NCBI GenBank assembly: GCA_040754455.1
Contig: JBFMCP010000012.1
Location: 1 to 27,167, forward strand
DNA length: 27,167 nt
Direction of reading: 5' to 3'
DNA from: Nitrospirota bacterium
Lineage (GTDB): Bacteria; Nitrospirota; Thermodesulfovibrionia; Thermodesulfovibrionales; Dissulfurispiraceae
This document shows, one piece after another, positions 17,259 through 25,692 of this stretch. Under the pieces are notes generated by a model. It ran no database searches. It worked only from the letters and a program-made list of their open reading frames with translations, and was not told the origin of the DNA. Position 1 is the stretch's first letter. Each line of letters starts with the position of its first letter. The position numbers were made by a program, and so were the translations under genes.

Positions 17259-17762
17259 ATGGTAATTAAAAGGTATGTAGTGGTGGTTATTGCAACATTG
17301 ATGGTCGCGCTTGGGATTGTTGACGGTGCCCGCGCTGCTCAACACGATGACAGAGATGCACTCAAAGGCATCAGGACCGGCAAGGCGATTTTTGATGTCA
17401 ATACCGGAGAGCCCGATAAACTGGTGCTGTATCTCGATGTGATTAAGGAGACCATCCAGGGGCTCAGAAAACAAAAAGTGCGGCCCGACGTTATTATTGC
17501 GTTCAGGGGCGTATCGGTCAGGCTTATTACAACATCGCAGGAAGATGCGGAGCAAGGAAAGCGGGAGGTCTTCGAGAAGATCAGAAAGCTGATCGCTGAA
17601 TTGAAAGCGCTGGGAGTGAAACTGGAGGCCTGCTCTATAGCGACGCGGCTCTTTGAAGTGGAGAACAACACAGTTCTGCCGGAAATAAAGGTGGTCGGCA
17701 ACACTTTTATTTCCCTCATTGGCTACCAGAGCATGGGGTACGCAGTCATTCCTATTATGTAG
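17259..17762 (+). CDS. exported DsrE/DsrF-like protein
   Basis: SD caggagg, signal peptide, KAIFDV, IAFRG, GVKLEACSIA, VGNTFISLIGYQSMGYA. Confidence 0.8.
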   Translation: MVIKRYVVVVIATLMVALGIVDGARAAQHDDRDALKGIRTGKAIFDVNTGEPDKLVLYLDVIKETIQGLRKQKVRPDVIIAFRGVSVRLITTSQEDAEQGKREVFEKIRKLIAELKALGVKLEACSIATRLFEVENNTVLPEIKVVGNTFISLIGYQSMGYAVIPIM

Positions 17763-17851
17763 GTTTTTAAGGGGATTGCTGCTAGAGGAGCGGCTCTGAT
17801 TTCATCATCACGGCATGGTGCGTGAGCACCTATGGGGGCTCTGCCGCCCCT

Positions 17852-19018
17852 TTATAGATACACAATATCACTTGGGAGATTCGTGAGCTTTTCGGCACCG
17901 CCGGCGGTAATGGCATAGGTGTTCTCTATGCCGACAGTACCCTTGCCGGGAAAGACAAATTTCGGCTCAATGGCGAGGGTCTGCCCGGTCTCGAGCTGAT
18001 CTTTGAACCGAGGAGCAAGGAGAGGGAGCTCATCGAGCTCGAGCCCGACACCGTGGCCTACGAATTTCGACTGCTCTCCCGGGTACCCCATAAAGTGCTC
18101 TCCCAGACCGGCAGCCTCCGCAATCCGGACAGCACCGGCGAAAAGCTCTTCACCAATCGCGCCAGGCTTCAGGTACTCCACGATCCAACGTTCAATTTCA
18201 AGGCTGATACCGAAGGCCCGCTTCAACTCCGGCGCGAGGTCGCCAATAGCAAAGATGCGGGTCATGTCCACGATGTAGCCGTTGAAGACCCCCGCATAAT
18301 CGACAATGACCGGCGTATGCTCTTTGATGATGTCGGTGGATGGTCCAAAAGGTGTGGCAGCGGAGAGCCCTTTGCCCGTGACTGCCCCGTCGAAGCAGCC
18401 GGGAACCGCCGCGTTTTCCCCTGCTACGGCGAGGCAGACGATTTCCTGGTTGAAAGCACGAATCCGCAAATGCCCGTCGCTCCCGGCCCTCTTCAAGCGG
18501 TACTCGAGCTCGGCAGCAAGGTCGAGCTCACGCATTCCGGTAGTAAGAAACGAGGGAATCGTGCTGAAGACTTCCGAGAGCTTACGGCCGCTCGCACGCA
18601 ACTGCTCCAGCTCCCATTCCGACTTCACCGACCGGAGCTCGCGGTTGATGGCTGAGATATCGACGAATTCACGTCCCGGCAGGAGTCCCGCATAGAACCG
18701 GTACTGCTGCACCGGCAACACATCGAAGGTGATGCCGATCTTGTGGATATGTTCGTTGAAAAGGTCCGGCAGCTCTTTGCTCGAAGGCATCGGACGGACG
18801 TCATCAATAACGCTTTCGCTGCGAGCACGGGTGCAGCTTTTTCTGACCAGGAGCACCGGTGCGTCCTCAGCAGGAATCCAGAGCAACGCATTCTGGCGCG
18901 TTCCGGAGAAGTAATACACATCGACGGGATAGATGATAAGGGCGCCGTCGATGTCCGCATCCTTAAGCCTTACCTTAAGACGCTCTATTCTGAATGTACT
19001 TTCATTTTTCGGCAGCAT
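17852..19018 (-). CDS. Xaa-Pro peptidase family (M24B) protein
   Basis: Creatinase-N domain, then metal ligands VD...DMTR, GHGVG, AIEPK, GIENT. Confidence 0.93.
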   Translation of the reverse strand: MLPKNESTFRIERLKVRLKDADIDGALIIYPVDVYYFSGTRQNALLWIPAEDAPVLLVRKSCTRARSESVIDDVRPMPSSKELPDLFNEHIHKIGITFDVLPVQQYRFYAGLLPGREFVDISAINRELRSVKSEWELEQLRASGRKLSEVFSTIPSFLTTGMRELDLAAELEYRLKRAGSDGHLRIRAFNQEIVCLAVAGENAAVPGCFDGAVTGKGLSAATPFGPSTDIIKEHTPVIVDYAGVFNGYIVDMTRIFAIGDLAPELKRAFGISLEIERWIVEYLKPGAIGEELFAGAVRIAEAAGLGEHFMGYPGEQSKFVGHGVGLELDELPLLAPRFKDQLETGQTLAIEPKFVFPGKGTVGIENTYAITAGGAEKLTNLPSDIVYL

Positions 19019-19055
19019 AGGAAGCTCCTCGTTTATTTCGATCAGTTTTTCCTAT

Positions 19056-21086
19056 TTACTCTCCCAACATCGCCTTCATATTCGCGAAGAAGGCCTTTGC
19101 TGCTTCCTCTTCGGAGAGCTCACTGCCGACATCCCCACCATCGACCCTTTTGATTACATGCTCCGGCAGTTCCTCAAGGAACCTTGAGGGGATGCAGCGC
19201 TCGCTTTTATTGTAGCGCATCCGGCTGCCGGCGTGGGTGATGTAGAGCTCCTGCATGGCGCGTGTTATGCCGACATAGAAGAGCCGCCGCTCTTCCTCCA
19301 CACCGTCGACTTCGTAGATCGATTTCTTGTGCGGCAGGATGTCATCTTCCACCCCGACGATGAAGACCACCGGGAATTCAAGTCCCTTTGCCGAGTGGAA
19401 GGAAATGAGCGTCACCCCCTTGCTGCGCCGCTCTTCCTTTTCCTGGAGCAGGTCGGTGAGGGCGAGTGTTTCCAAAAAACCGTGGAGCGACGGCGATTCG
19501 TCACTTTTTTCATAGTGCTCAAGGGATTCGATGAAGCCGTCGATGTTCTGCAGTCGCTGCAGCACTGCATCCTGGGTTTTATAGAGTCCATGGACGTGGT
19601 CGCGGTAGCCGATCTCTTCATTGAGCGCTCTCAGTGTCGCGGCCATATCCGTCGTATGGATAAACAGTGATTTGTATTTTTCGATCAATGCAGCGAGGCC
19701 CTGCGCTGCTTCGGCCGCCTGCCTGCCGAGCCCCGCTTCTCCGGCCCTCACAAAGGCATCGAGGAGCGTGATCTTCTGCTGTTGCGCAAAATTCGAGAGA
19801 CCACCGAGCGCGGTCGGCCCCAGTCCTCGTTTGGGGATGTTGGCAATACGCAAAAGGCTCAATTCGTCGCGCGGGTTTGCGATGATTCTCAGGTATGCGG
19901 CAAGATCCTTTATCTCCCTATGTTCGAAATAGCTCATGCCGCCCACCACTGAGTAGGGGATGCGCAGCTTTCGCAGCGCCTCTTCGAACTGCCGCGAGAA
20001 GACGTTAGCGCGATAGATGATCGCAAAATCCTCAAAAGAAAGGTTTTTTTCATATTTGACCTGCTGAATCCGGTTCGCCACCCACTCAGCCTCGGCGTCG
20101 CTGTCCGGGGCCTTGTACAGCTTCACCTCAGGACCGTCGCCGCGATCGGTCCACAACGCTTTTTCCATACGCCTCTTATTATTCTTGATGACTTCATTGG
20201 CAGCCTTGAGGATATTGCCGAAGGAACGGTAGTTCTGCTCCAGCCGCACGATTGCAGCGCCGGGGAAGTCCTTTTCGAAGTCGAGGATATTGCCCATATT
20301 CGCGCCGCGCCAGGCATAGATGGATTGATCATCGTCGCCCACCACACAGAGATTTTTGCGCTCTCCGGAGAGCAGCCTGATGAATGCATACTGCACGCGG
20401 TTCGTGTCCTGGTACTCATCCACCATGATATAACGGAACCGCTCCTGATATTTCTCCAGCACCTCGGGATGCTCGTTAAAAAGCTTGAGCGTAAGCAGGA
20501 GGAGGTCGTCGAAATCCAGCGCATTGAGCGACTTCAGCGCTTCCAGGTATTTGGGATAGAGCGCCTCCGAGATCATCTCCAGGTCTTCCTCTTTGGAAGA
20601 GTTGCTTCCCTTGACCGGCATGCTGTTCTTTGACCTGCTGATCCGTTCTATAATCTGCTCCACCTTGAAACTCTTGTCCACGAACTTGACCTCGGTGAGG
20701 ATATTCCGCAAGAGCGAAATTTGATCGGATGTGTCGTAGATGGTGAAGTCTTTCCGGTAGCCGAGGCGCTCGATTTCCCGCCGCAGAATATTCAAACAGA
20801 GGGAGTGGAAGGTAGAGACCGTTGGACTTTTGGTGCTGCTGCCGTTAAGGCTTTTGAGGATCGCTGAGACCCGCTCCTTCATCTCGCGGGCAGCCTTATT
20901 CGTAAACGTGACCGCCAGGACATTGCCTGCAGGTATTCCCTTGTGGATGAGATAGGCCGTCCTGATGGTGAGCACTCTCGTTTTGCCTGATCCCGCACCC
21001 GCAAGGATCAGGAGCGGGCCTTCGGTATGAAGCACCGCCTCACGTTGCCGCGGATTCAGGCGGCTCAGTTCCTGTGTTATATCCAT
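19056..21086 (-). CDS. UvrD/PcrA/Rep-family SF1A DNA helicase
   Basis: AGAGSGKT, TFTNKAA, VDEYQDTN, GDDDQSIYAWRGA, LEQNYRS, HSAKGLEF, EERRLFYVGITRA; lacks the C-terminal Tudor tail, so Rep-like. Confidence 0.96.
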   Translation of the reverse strand: MDITQELSRLNPRQREAVLHTEGPLLILAGAGSGKTRVLTIRTAYLIHKGIPAGNVLAVTFTNKAAREMKERVSAILKSLNGSSTKSPTVSTFHSLCLNILRREIERLGYRKDFTIYDTSDQISLLRNILTEVKFVDKSFKVEQIIERISRSKNSMPVKGSNSSKEEDLEMISEALYPKYLEALKSLNALDFDDLLLLTLKLFNEHPEVLEKYQERFRYIMVDEYQDTNRVQYAFIRLLSGERKNLCVVGDDDQSIYAWRGANMGNILDFEKDFPGAAIVRLEQNYRSFGNILKAANEVIKNNKRRMEKALWTDRGDGPEVKLYKAPDSDAEAEWVANRIQQVKYEKNLSFEDFAIIYRANVFSRQFEEALRKLRIPYSVVGGMSYFEHREIKDLAAYLRIIANPRDELSLLRIANIPKRGLGPTALGGLSNFAQQQKITLLDAFVRAGEAGLGRQAAEAAQGLAALIEKYKSLFIHTTDMAATLRALNEEIGYRDHVHGLYKTQDAVLQRLQNIDGFIESLEHYEKSDESPSLHGFLETLALTDLLQEKEERRSKGVTLISFHSAKGLEFPVVFIVGVEDDILPHKKSIYEVDGVEEERRLFYVGITRAMQELYITHAGSRMRYNKSERCIPSRFLEELPEHVIKRVDGGDVGSELSEEEAAKAFFANMKAMLGE

Positions 21087-21407
21087 AATGAGCGAACCTC
21101 GTTTCGACGCACCATCCCTGCGGTAAAAAGATGCGCTTTCATCAGGGAATAGCGTGGATTACATCACGATGATCTACCTGCTGTTGTTCGAAGCATTCCA
21201 GCAACGGGGTATATAGTACATTGTCAGGAAAATAGAGGGCAAGGGGAAAATGGGAGAGGCTTGTATTAAAAGTGAAAGACAGGAGTGTGTCGTCCTGATG
21301 ACAACTGCGGGAGGAACGGGGAGAGCTAATGAACAATAACGCGCAACAATACCCTTTTGTAAATGATGGCGACACTAAAGAATAAGGGAGGAAGAGAGCC
21401 GTAGGCT

Positions 21408-23102
21408 TTATGTGCTCCGTCTGAGCGGAAAATAGAGGGTAAAGGTGGTGCCTTTTTCGGCCGAGCTTTCGGCGGTGATAAAGCCGCCGTGGTCTTCCAT
21501 GATCTTCTTGCTGATAGGGAGCCCGAGCCCGATTCCCCGTTCGGCAACCTTTGTAGTGTAGAAGGGCTCGAATATCTTGTCCAGTTTATCTGCCGGGATG
21601 ATTTCACCGGTGTTGTTGAGGGCTACCGCCACGAAAGGCTCTCCCTTGAATTCCACGTGGGCTGTGCTGACGGTCAGCGTTCCGCCAGCCGGCATGGCGT
21701 CGACGGCATTCGATACAATGTTGAGAACGACCTCTCGCGAACGTCTTTTATCGATAAGGATATCCGCGGTATACCCATACGACCTTCGGACGGCTATCGA
21801 CCGCTGTTGAAACACCTCCTCATATATATCCAGGACGTCATCGATCATTTCGTGGATGCGGTGTTTTCCCAGCTGCAGGGTTGTTGCCCTGGCATAGGAG
21901 ACAATATCCTTGAGGATTTCTTCCAGCCTGCTCACCTCGGTGATGATAAAGTCGGCATACTCCCGCTCCTGTGTCTCCTCAGGCGTCCGCCTTTGCAATC
22001 TCCGTGCAAAGCCCCCCACTACGGTGAGCGGGTTCCTGATCTCGTGCGCGACATTTGCCGAGATTCTGCCGAGGGCCGCGAGCTTTTCCGTCTGGGTAAG
22101 ACGTTCGATGAGCTTCTTCCGCTCGGACTCGATCTGATAGCGCTTGATGATGATCGCGAGGGTATGGGCGACTGCACGGAAAAAGATCTCTTCCTGGGGC
22201 TTTGATCCGGGCCATTCTTTTGCAAAAACACTGATCAGCCCGAGTATCTTCTCCCCCTCATGGATAGGGACGCAGTAGTGCATGAAGGAGTCGCTCTTTT
22301 TGTAGATCATCTCGTAGGGCGCATCAGGATTCCCCGTATGCGTGATCTCACATTGCAAACCGCTTACCCTTTCCTGTCGCTCGCAGGCAGCGTCCGTTGC
22401 CTCAAGAGGCACCCTGGTTTCCTGAACGGAAGAATCCTGAGCTTCCGGTAAGCCGCGCCGTGCTTTAAGAACGTACTTTTTGGAAACGTCATCAAAGAGA
22501 TAAATCAAACCTTTGGGTTCGAGTGAGGGATCAGGAATGGAGATGATTAATTCAAGCGAGCGGTCGAGCTGCTCATCCAGGGAGACCGGCTCGAGCGCGA
22601 TCTTGAGGATGGTGCTAATGATCCGCTGGACGTGGTAATCGAACTCGATCTGTTCTTCGGCGCGGACCCGTTCGGTGATATCACGGATTGCTGCGGTAAC
22701 GAGCACCTCGCTGTCAATAAGCAGAGGGCTCAGGCTTATATCGGCCCTGAATTCGGTGCCGTCTTTTTTCAGGCCGTAGATCTTGAGTCCCGTTCCCATC
22801 GGACGTGTCCGGGGAAGTGCGAAGAACCGGGCGAGGTTCTCTCTATGGCGAGCACGGAACCGCTCCGGGATCAGCATCTGCAGGTCCTTGCCGATCAGCT
22901 CCTCACGCGAGTAGCCGAACAGCTTTTCCATCTGCTTGTTGACCATGGCGATTCTGCCGCCTTTCTCCACAAAAATCATGGCATCAGGCGCCGCTTCGAT
23001 GAGCTTCTGAGACAGCTCCTGGAAATCCTTGCCATACGCTGCGGGCACCTCAATGGTCTCTGTCGTATGGTGTCCTTCGGGCATACCAACGTGATTTCCC
23101 AT
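21408..23102 (-). CDS. cytoplasmic PAS-GAF sensor histidine kinase (NtrB-like)
   Basis: PAS (APDAMI...LFGYSREELIG), GAF-like middle, H-box AHEIRNPL, N-box NAVDA, IFEPFYTTK, GIGLGL; SD aaggag. Confidence 0.92.
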   Translation of the reverse strand: MGNHVGMPEGHHTTETIEVPAAYGKDFQELSQKLIEAAPDAMIFVEKGGRIAMVNKQMEKLFGYSREELIGKDLQMLIPERFRARHRENLARFFALPRTRPMGTGLKIYGLKKDGTEFRADISLSPLLIDSEVLVTAAIRDITERVRAEEQIEFDYHVQRIISTILKIALEPVSLDEQLDRSLELIISIPDPSLEPKGLIYLFDDVSKKYVLKARRGLPEAQDSSVQETRVPLEATDAACERQERVSGLQCEITHTGNPDAPYEMIYKKSDSFMHYCVPIHEGEKILGLISVFAKEWPGSKPQEEIFFRAVAHTLAIIIKRYQIESERKKLIERLTQTEKLAALGRISANVAHEIRNPLTVVGGFARRLQRRTPEETQEREYADFIITEVSRLEEILKDIVSYARATTLQLGKHRIHEMIDDVLDIYEEVFQQRSIAVRRSYGYTADILIDKRRSREVVLNIVSNAVDAMPAGGTLTVSTAHVEFKGEPFVAVALNNTGEIIPADKLDKIFEPFYTTKVAERGIGLGLPISKKIMEDHGGFITAESSAEKGTTFTLYFPLRRST

Positions 23103-23317
23103 GGCTTTTACTCCTTATAAAAATAATATCACGGAAACTTTGTACATTTCCGGCTTTCTTCCTTTTCTGTTTGAGCATTGATAACACTGTTCCAAAACAC
23201 TGCGAGGGGAAAGGACTCTCATTGCGTTATATGCTCTCCTTTTCTTCCACCTTGAACGCAAGTAGATTACCTGCTACATATGAAGTAAAGACCCAGGAGA
23301 AACGAAAGGAGGAGAAT

Positions 23318-23710
23318 ATGGAGTTTTCGAAGTTCATAAATATAGTGAGAGATCGTGCACACATCGCAACGGATACAGAGGCCGAAACAGCCTGTTGCGC
23401 CACGCTCAAAGCCCTTGCAGAGCGTATCTCGGGAGACAAAGCTCAGGCCCTGGCGGATCGGGTGCCCACGGAGTTCGCGGAGTGTCTGAGGGAAGAGCAG
23501 TATGGCCAGCAGTTCGGCCTCAAAGAATTTTACCAGCGTGTGGCAGACCGTGAGGGGGTCAGTCCCGACGTCGCTGCGGAGCACGTCCGCGCGGTTATCG
23601 ACGTGGTGAAGGAAACGCTCTCCGCCAATGAGGTTATGGACATTATGTCGGAGCTGCCGGTTGAGTATGACGAGCTTTTTGCGATATCACGGGTGGAGGC
23701 GGTGAAATAG
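23318..23710 (+). CDS. DUF2267-family protein
   Basis: SD aggagg, MEFSKFINIVRDRA, ATLKALAERI, EFYQRVADREG, HVRAVIDVV, LPVEYDELF. Confidence 0.85.
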   Translation: MEFSKFINIVRDRAHIATDTEAETACCATLKALAERISGDKAQALADRVPTEFAECLREEQYGQQFGLKEFYQRVADREGVSPDVAAEHVRAVIDVVKETLSANEVMDIMSELPVEYDELFAISRVEAVK

Positions 23711-23760
23711 ATAAAAAACAAGGGGATTGATAAACGTTACGCCTGCAGCAAAGAGAGGCG

Positions 23761-23789
23761 TTGACAGCACTGGCCCGAAGCACTATGAT
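23761..23789 (+). promoter_or_regulatory. strong sigma70 promoter
   Basis: TTGACA, 17 bp, TATGAT upstream of the IF2-like gene. Confidence 0.75.
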
Positions 23790-23852
23790 GTGATTAAGAT
23801 TTATTTGTTCGGTTTCGCATAAAAACCTTGGCCTGGATCATAGGGTGCGGCT

Positions 23853-24554
23853 ATGCCCAAGACCATGAAAAAGCCGGCAGTACCCAAGATTTTAGAGCAA
23901 AAGAAAAAGCCGAAGCTCGAGATCGTGCTCAAATGCGATTCCGTGGGAAGCGTGGAGGCGGTCACCAACAGTATCGAAAAGTTGACCACGCCTGATGTGG
24001 ATATAAGTGTTATTCACAGCGGTGTGGGCGATATCAGCACATCCGATGTGCTCTTTGCAGAGACGGCGAGCAGGTTCATTGTCGGATTTCAGGTCGGCGT
24101 AATGCCGAAGATGGATAGAGTGGTGCGGGAACACAGAGTCGAGGTCCGCCTTTATAATGTGATCTACCAACTGTTGGCCGATATCAAGGATATTGCCGGA
24201 AAATTGGTTCCTCAAGAGCCGGAGGAGCAGATCATCGGCTCCGGTAAGATCATCGCCCTTTTCAAAAGTGCCCGGAAGGGAATCATTATCGGATGCCAGG
24301 TTCAGGAGGGCTTTCTTGCAGTGGGCGAACGCTTCCGCATCATCTCCGCAATGGGCCCTGTGTATACCGGCACGATAGAGTCGCTCCATAGAGGGGAATC
24401 GGCGGTACAAAAAGCAACACCGGGTCAGCAGGTCGGTATACGCATAAAGGATTTCAAAAACGTGAAGATAGGAGACCTCGTCGAGAGCTTTCGCCCTCCG
24501 GCCCCGGTGAAGACTCGCGCCTGGGAGCCTTCAGGCCACATTATCAGGAAATGA
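23853..24554 (+). CDS. stand-alone IF2 C-terminal (C1+C2) domain protein with no G domain
   Basis: Collinear with the IF2 C-terminus: IVLKCDSVGSVEA, SGVGDI..SDV, IVGFQV, YNVIY.L, IIG, FKS...IIGCQV.EG, G.IESLHR, GDLVESF. Confidence 0.88.
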   Translation: MPKTMKKPAVPKILEQKKKPKLEIVLKCDSVGSVEAVTNSIEKLTTPDVDISVIHSGVGDISTSDVLFAETASRFIVGFQVGVMPKMDRVVREHRVEVRLYNVIYQLLADIKDIAGKLVPQEPEEQIIGSGKIIALFKSARKGIIIGCQVQEGFLAVGERFRIISAMGPVYTGTIESLHRGESAVQKATPGQQVGIRIKDFKNVKIGDLVESFRPPAPVKTRAWEPSGHIIRK

Positions 24555-24680
24555 TCGTACAAAAATAACGTTATCTACTGTTTTTTTCGCGCCAGGAATG
24601 CTTCAACACGTGCAATATCTTCTTTGAGCTCTCTGAGGTTTTCTTCATCTTTTCTCACCTGGCTGCCGGCGAAGGTCAGC

Positions 24681-25253
24681 TCATTGTGTCTTGTAGTGTG
24701 ATGCCTTGCTTGTCCATTCGTTTTCAGGGAATCGTTTTCGGAGTAACTCATACGCCTCTCTCAGGGCCATCTCGTCTCTGGAATGCTGGTATTTGTAGAA
24801 CCCGCGGCAGTAGATGGCCTCAGGGGTCGAGGTGCCCTCGGGACAGTCTGAAATGATTCTGTCGAGCAAGAGCAATGCGCCTTTGAGCTTGCCTTTGTCG
24901 AAATGGATTTTCACAATCCCGAGTATTAGTGTGGAAATAAGGTCCTCCGGTGAATGAAAGCCACTTGCCTGGTGGTACTGTTTTCTGCTGCTGTCGATGA
25001 TGATGAAGGCAGGTGTGCCCGTTATCTTCAAGTACAGCGAGGGGGGCAGTCTATCGGAGAGCACGCGCAGGGCAACAAAGTTATGATTGATGAAGTCGAT
25101 GACCCGCTCATCGGTATAAGTGGTTGCCTCCATCTGGGCGCAAAATGTGCACTCAGGATCGCAGATCTCGATGACGATCGGCTTTTGTGCCGTCTCAGAC
25201 TCCTGCAGGGCCGTCTCAACGTCGGTGTGCCAGAATATACCTCCGCTCCTCAT
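24681..25253 (-). CDS. thioredoxin-fold protein (CxxC) with C-terminal TPR-like helices
   Basis: SD ggagg, W.TDVETAL...KPIVIE..DPECTFCAQME..TY, cis-Pro GTP, PEAIY..G, FPENEWT. Confidence 0.82.
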   Translation of the reverse strand: MRSGGIFWHTDVETALQESETAQKPIVIEICDPECTFCAQMEATTYTDERVIDFINHNFVALRVLSDRLPPSLYLKITGTPAFIIIDSSRKQYHQASGFHSPEDLISTLILGIVKIHFDKGKLKGALLLLDRIISDCPEGTSTPEAIYCRGFYKYQHSRDEMALREAYELLRKRFPENEWTSKASHYKTQ

Positions 25254-25378
25254 AGCTTTGCCTCCCCCTGAGATAATCGTCGAGAGAACATGTGAAAATC
25301 CTGTTCCCTTTGTGATGACATCTATCTCCCTGCTGTCGTGAGCAGGACGTGCTTCCAAGTATGCAGTCGCTGAAAAAG

Positions 25379-25406
25379 CTGTTTCCGGATGACTGTTTCC
25401 GGATGA
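25379..25406. repeat. 14-bp tandem direct repeat
   Basis: ctgtttccggatga twice, exact. Confidence 0.85.
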
Positions 25407-25410
25407 ATTT

Positions 25411-25439
25411 ATTATAGGGCAACATGTGCAAAATGGGAA
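25411..25439 (-). promoter_or_regulatory. sigma70 promoter for the thioredoxin-like gene
   Basis: Minus strand TTCCCA, 17 bp, TATAAT. Confidence 0.5.
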
Positions 25440-25544
25440 TATGTATATTTAAATAATACATGCTCTCGTTTATAAGAGAAAAACCATGAAATAGTCGGGA
25501 GATATGCAAGAAAGGGAGAATGATCGAACCAGCAGCAGTACTAA

Positions 25545-25570
25545 GGATTCCGGGTCAAGCCCGGAATGAC
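25545..25570. repeat. short palindromic interspersed repeat (RPE/dRS3-like half element)
   Basis: ggATTCCGGG-tcaag-CCCGGAATgac. Confidence 0.6.
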
Positions 25571-25692
25571 GAACGTGCGCAACTCGTGCGAATAAGCTTC
25601 AACAATGAGGGCAGGGCCGGTTTGCTTTTCATGTCTTCTTCATATTCATCAGGTATTATTTAAAGAGAAACCATTGTCAGGAGGAGACGGGC

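Noticed and set aside
21290..21340. Plus-strand CTGATGA / GCTAATGA as hammerhead or fluoride riboswitch
   Set aside because: No downstream GAAA stem, no GGCGATGG-type 5' pseudoknot element, and no downstream gene on that strand.
23853..24554. Calling this gene infB or an infB pseudogene
   Set aside because: No G domain, wrong gene context, intact frame with its own promoter and a diverged C2 motif; gene symbol withheld.
24574..24685. Minus-strand coding-like stretch (...VRKDEENLRELKEDIARVEAFLARKKQ*) after the thioredoxin-like gene
   Set aside because: No SD-supported start and no recognisable family; it is not in frame with the TGA, so it is not Sec read-through. It might be a gene remnant but I cannot support that.
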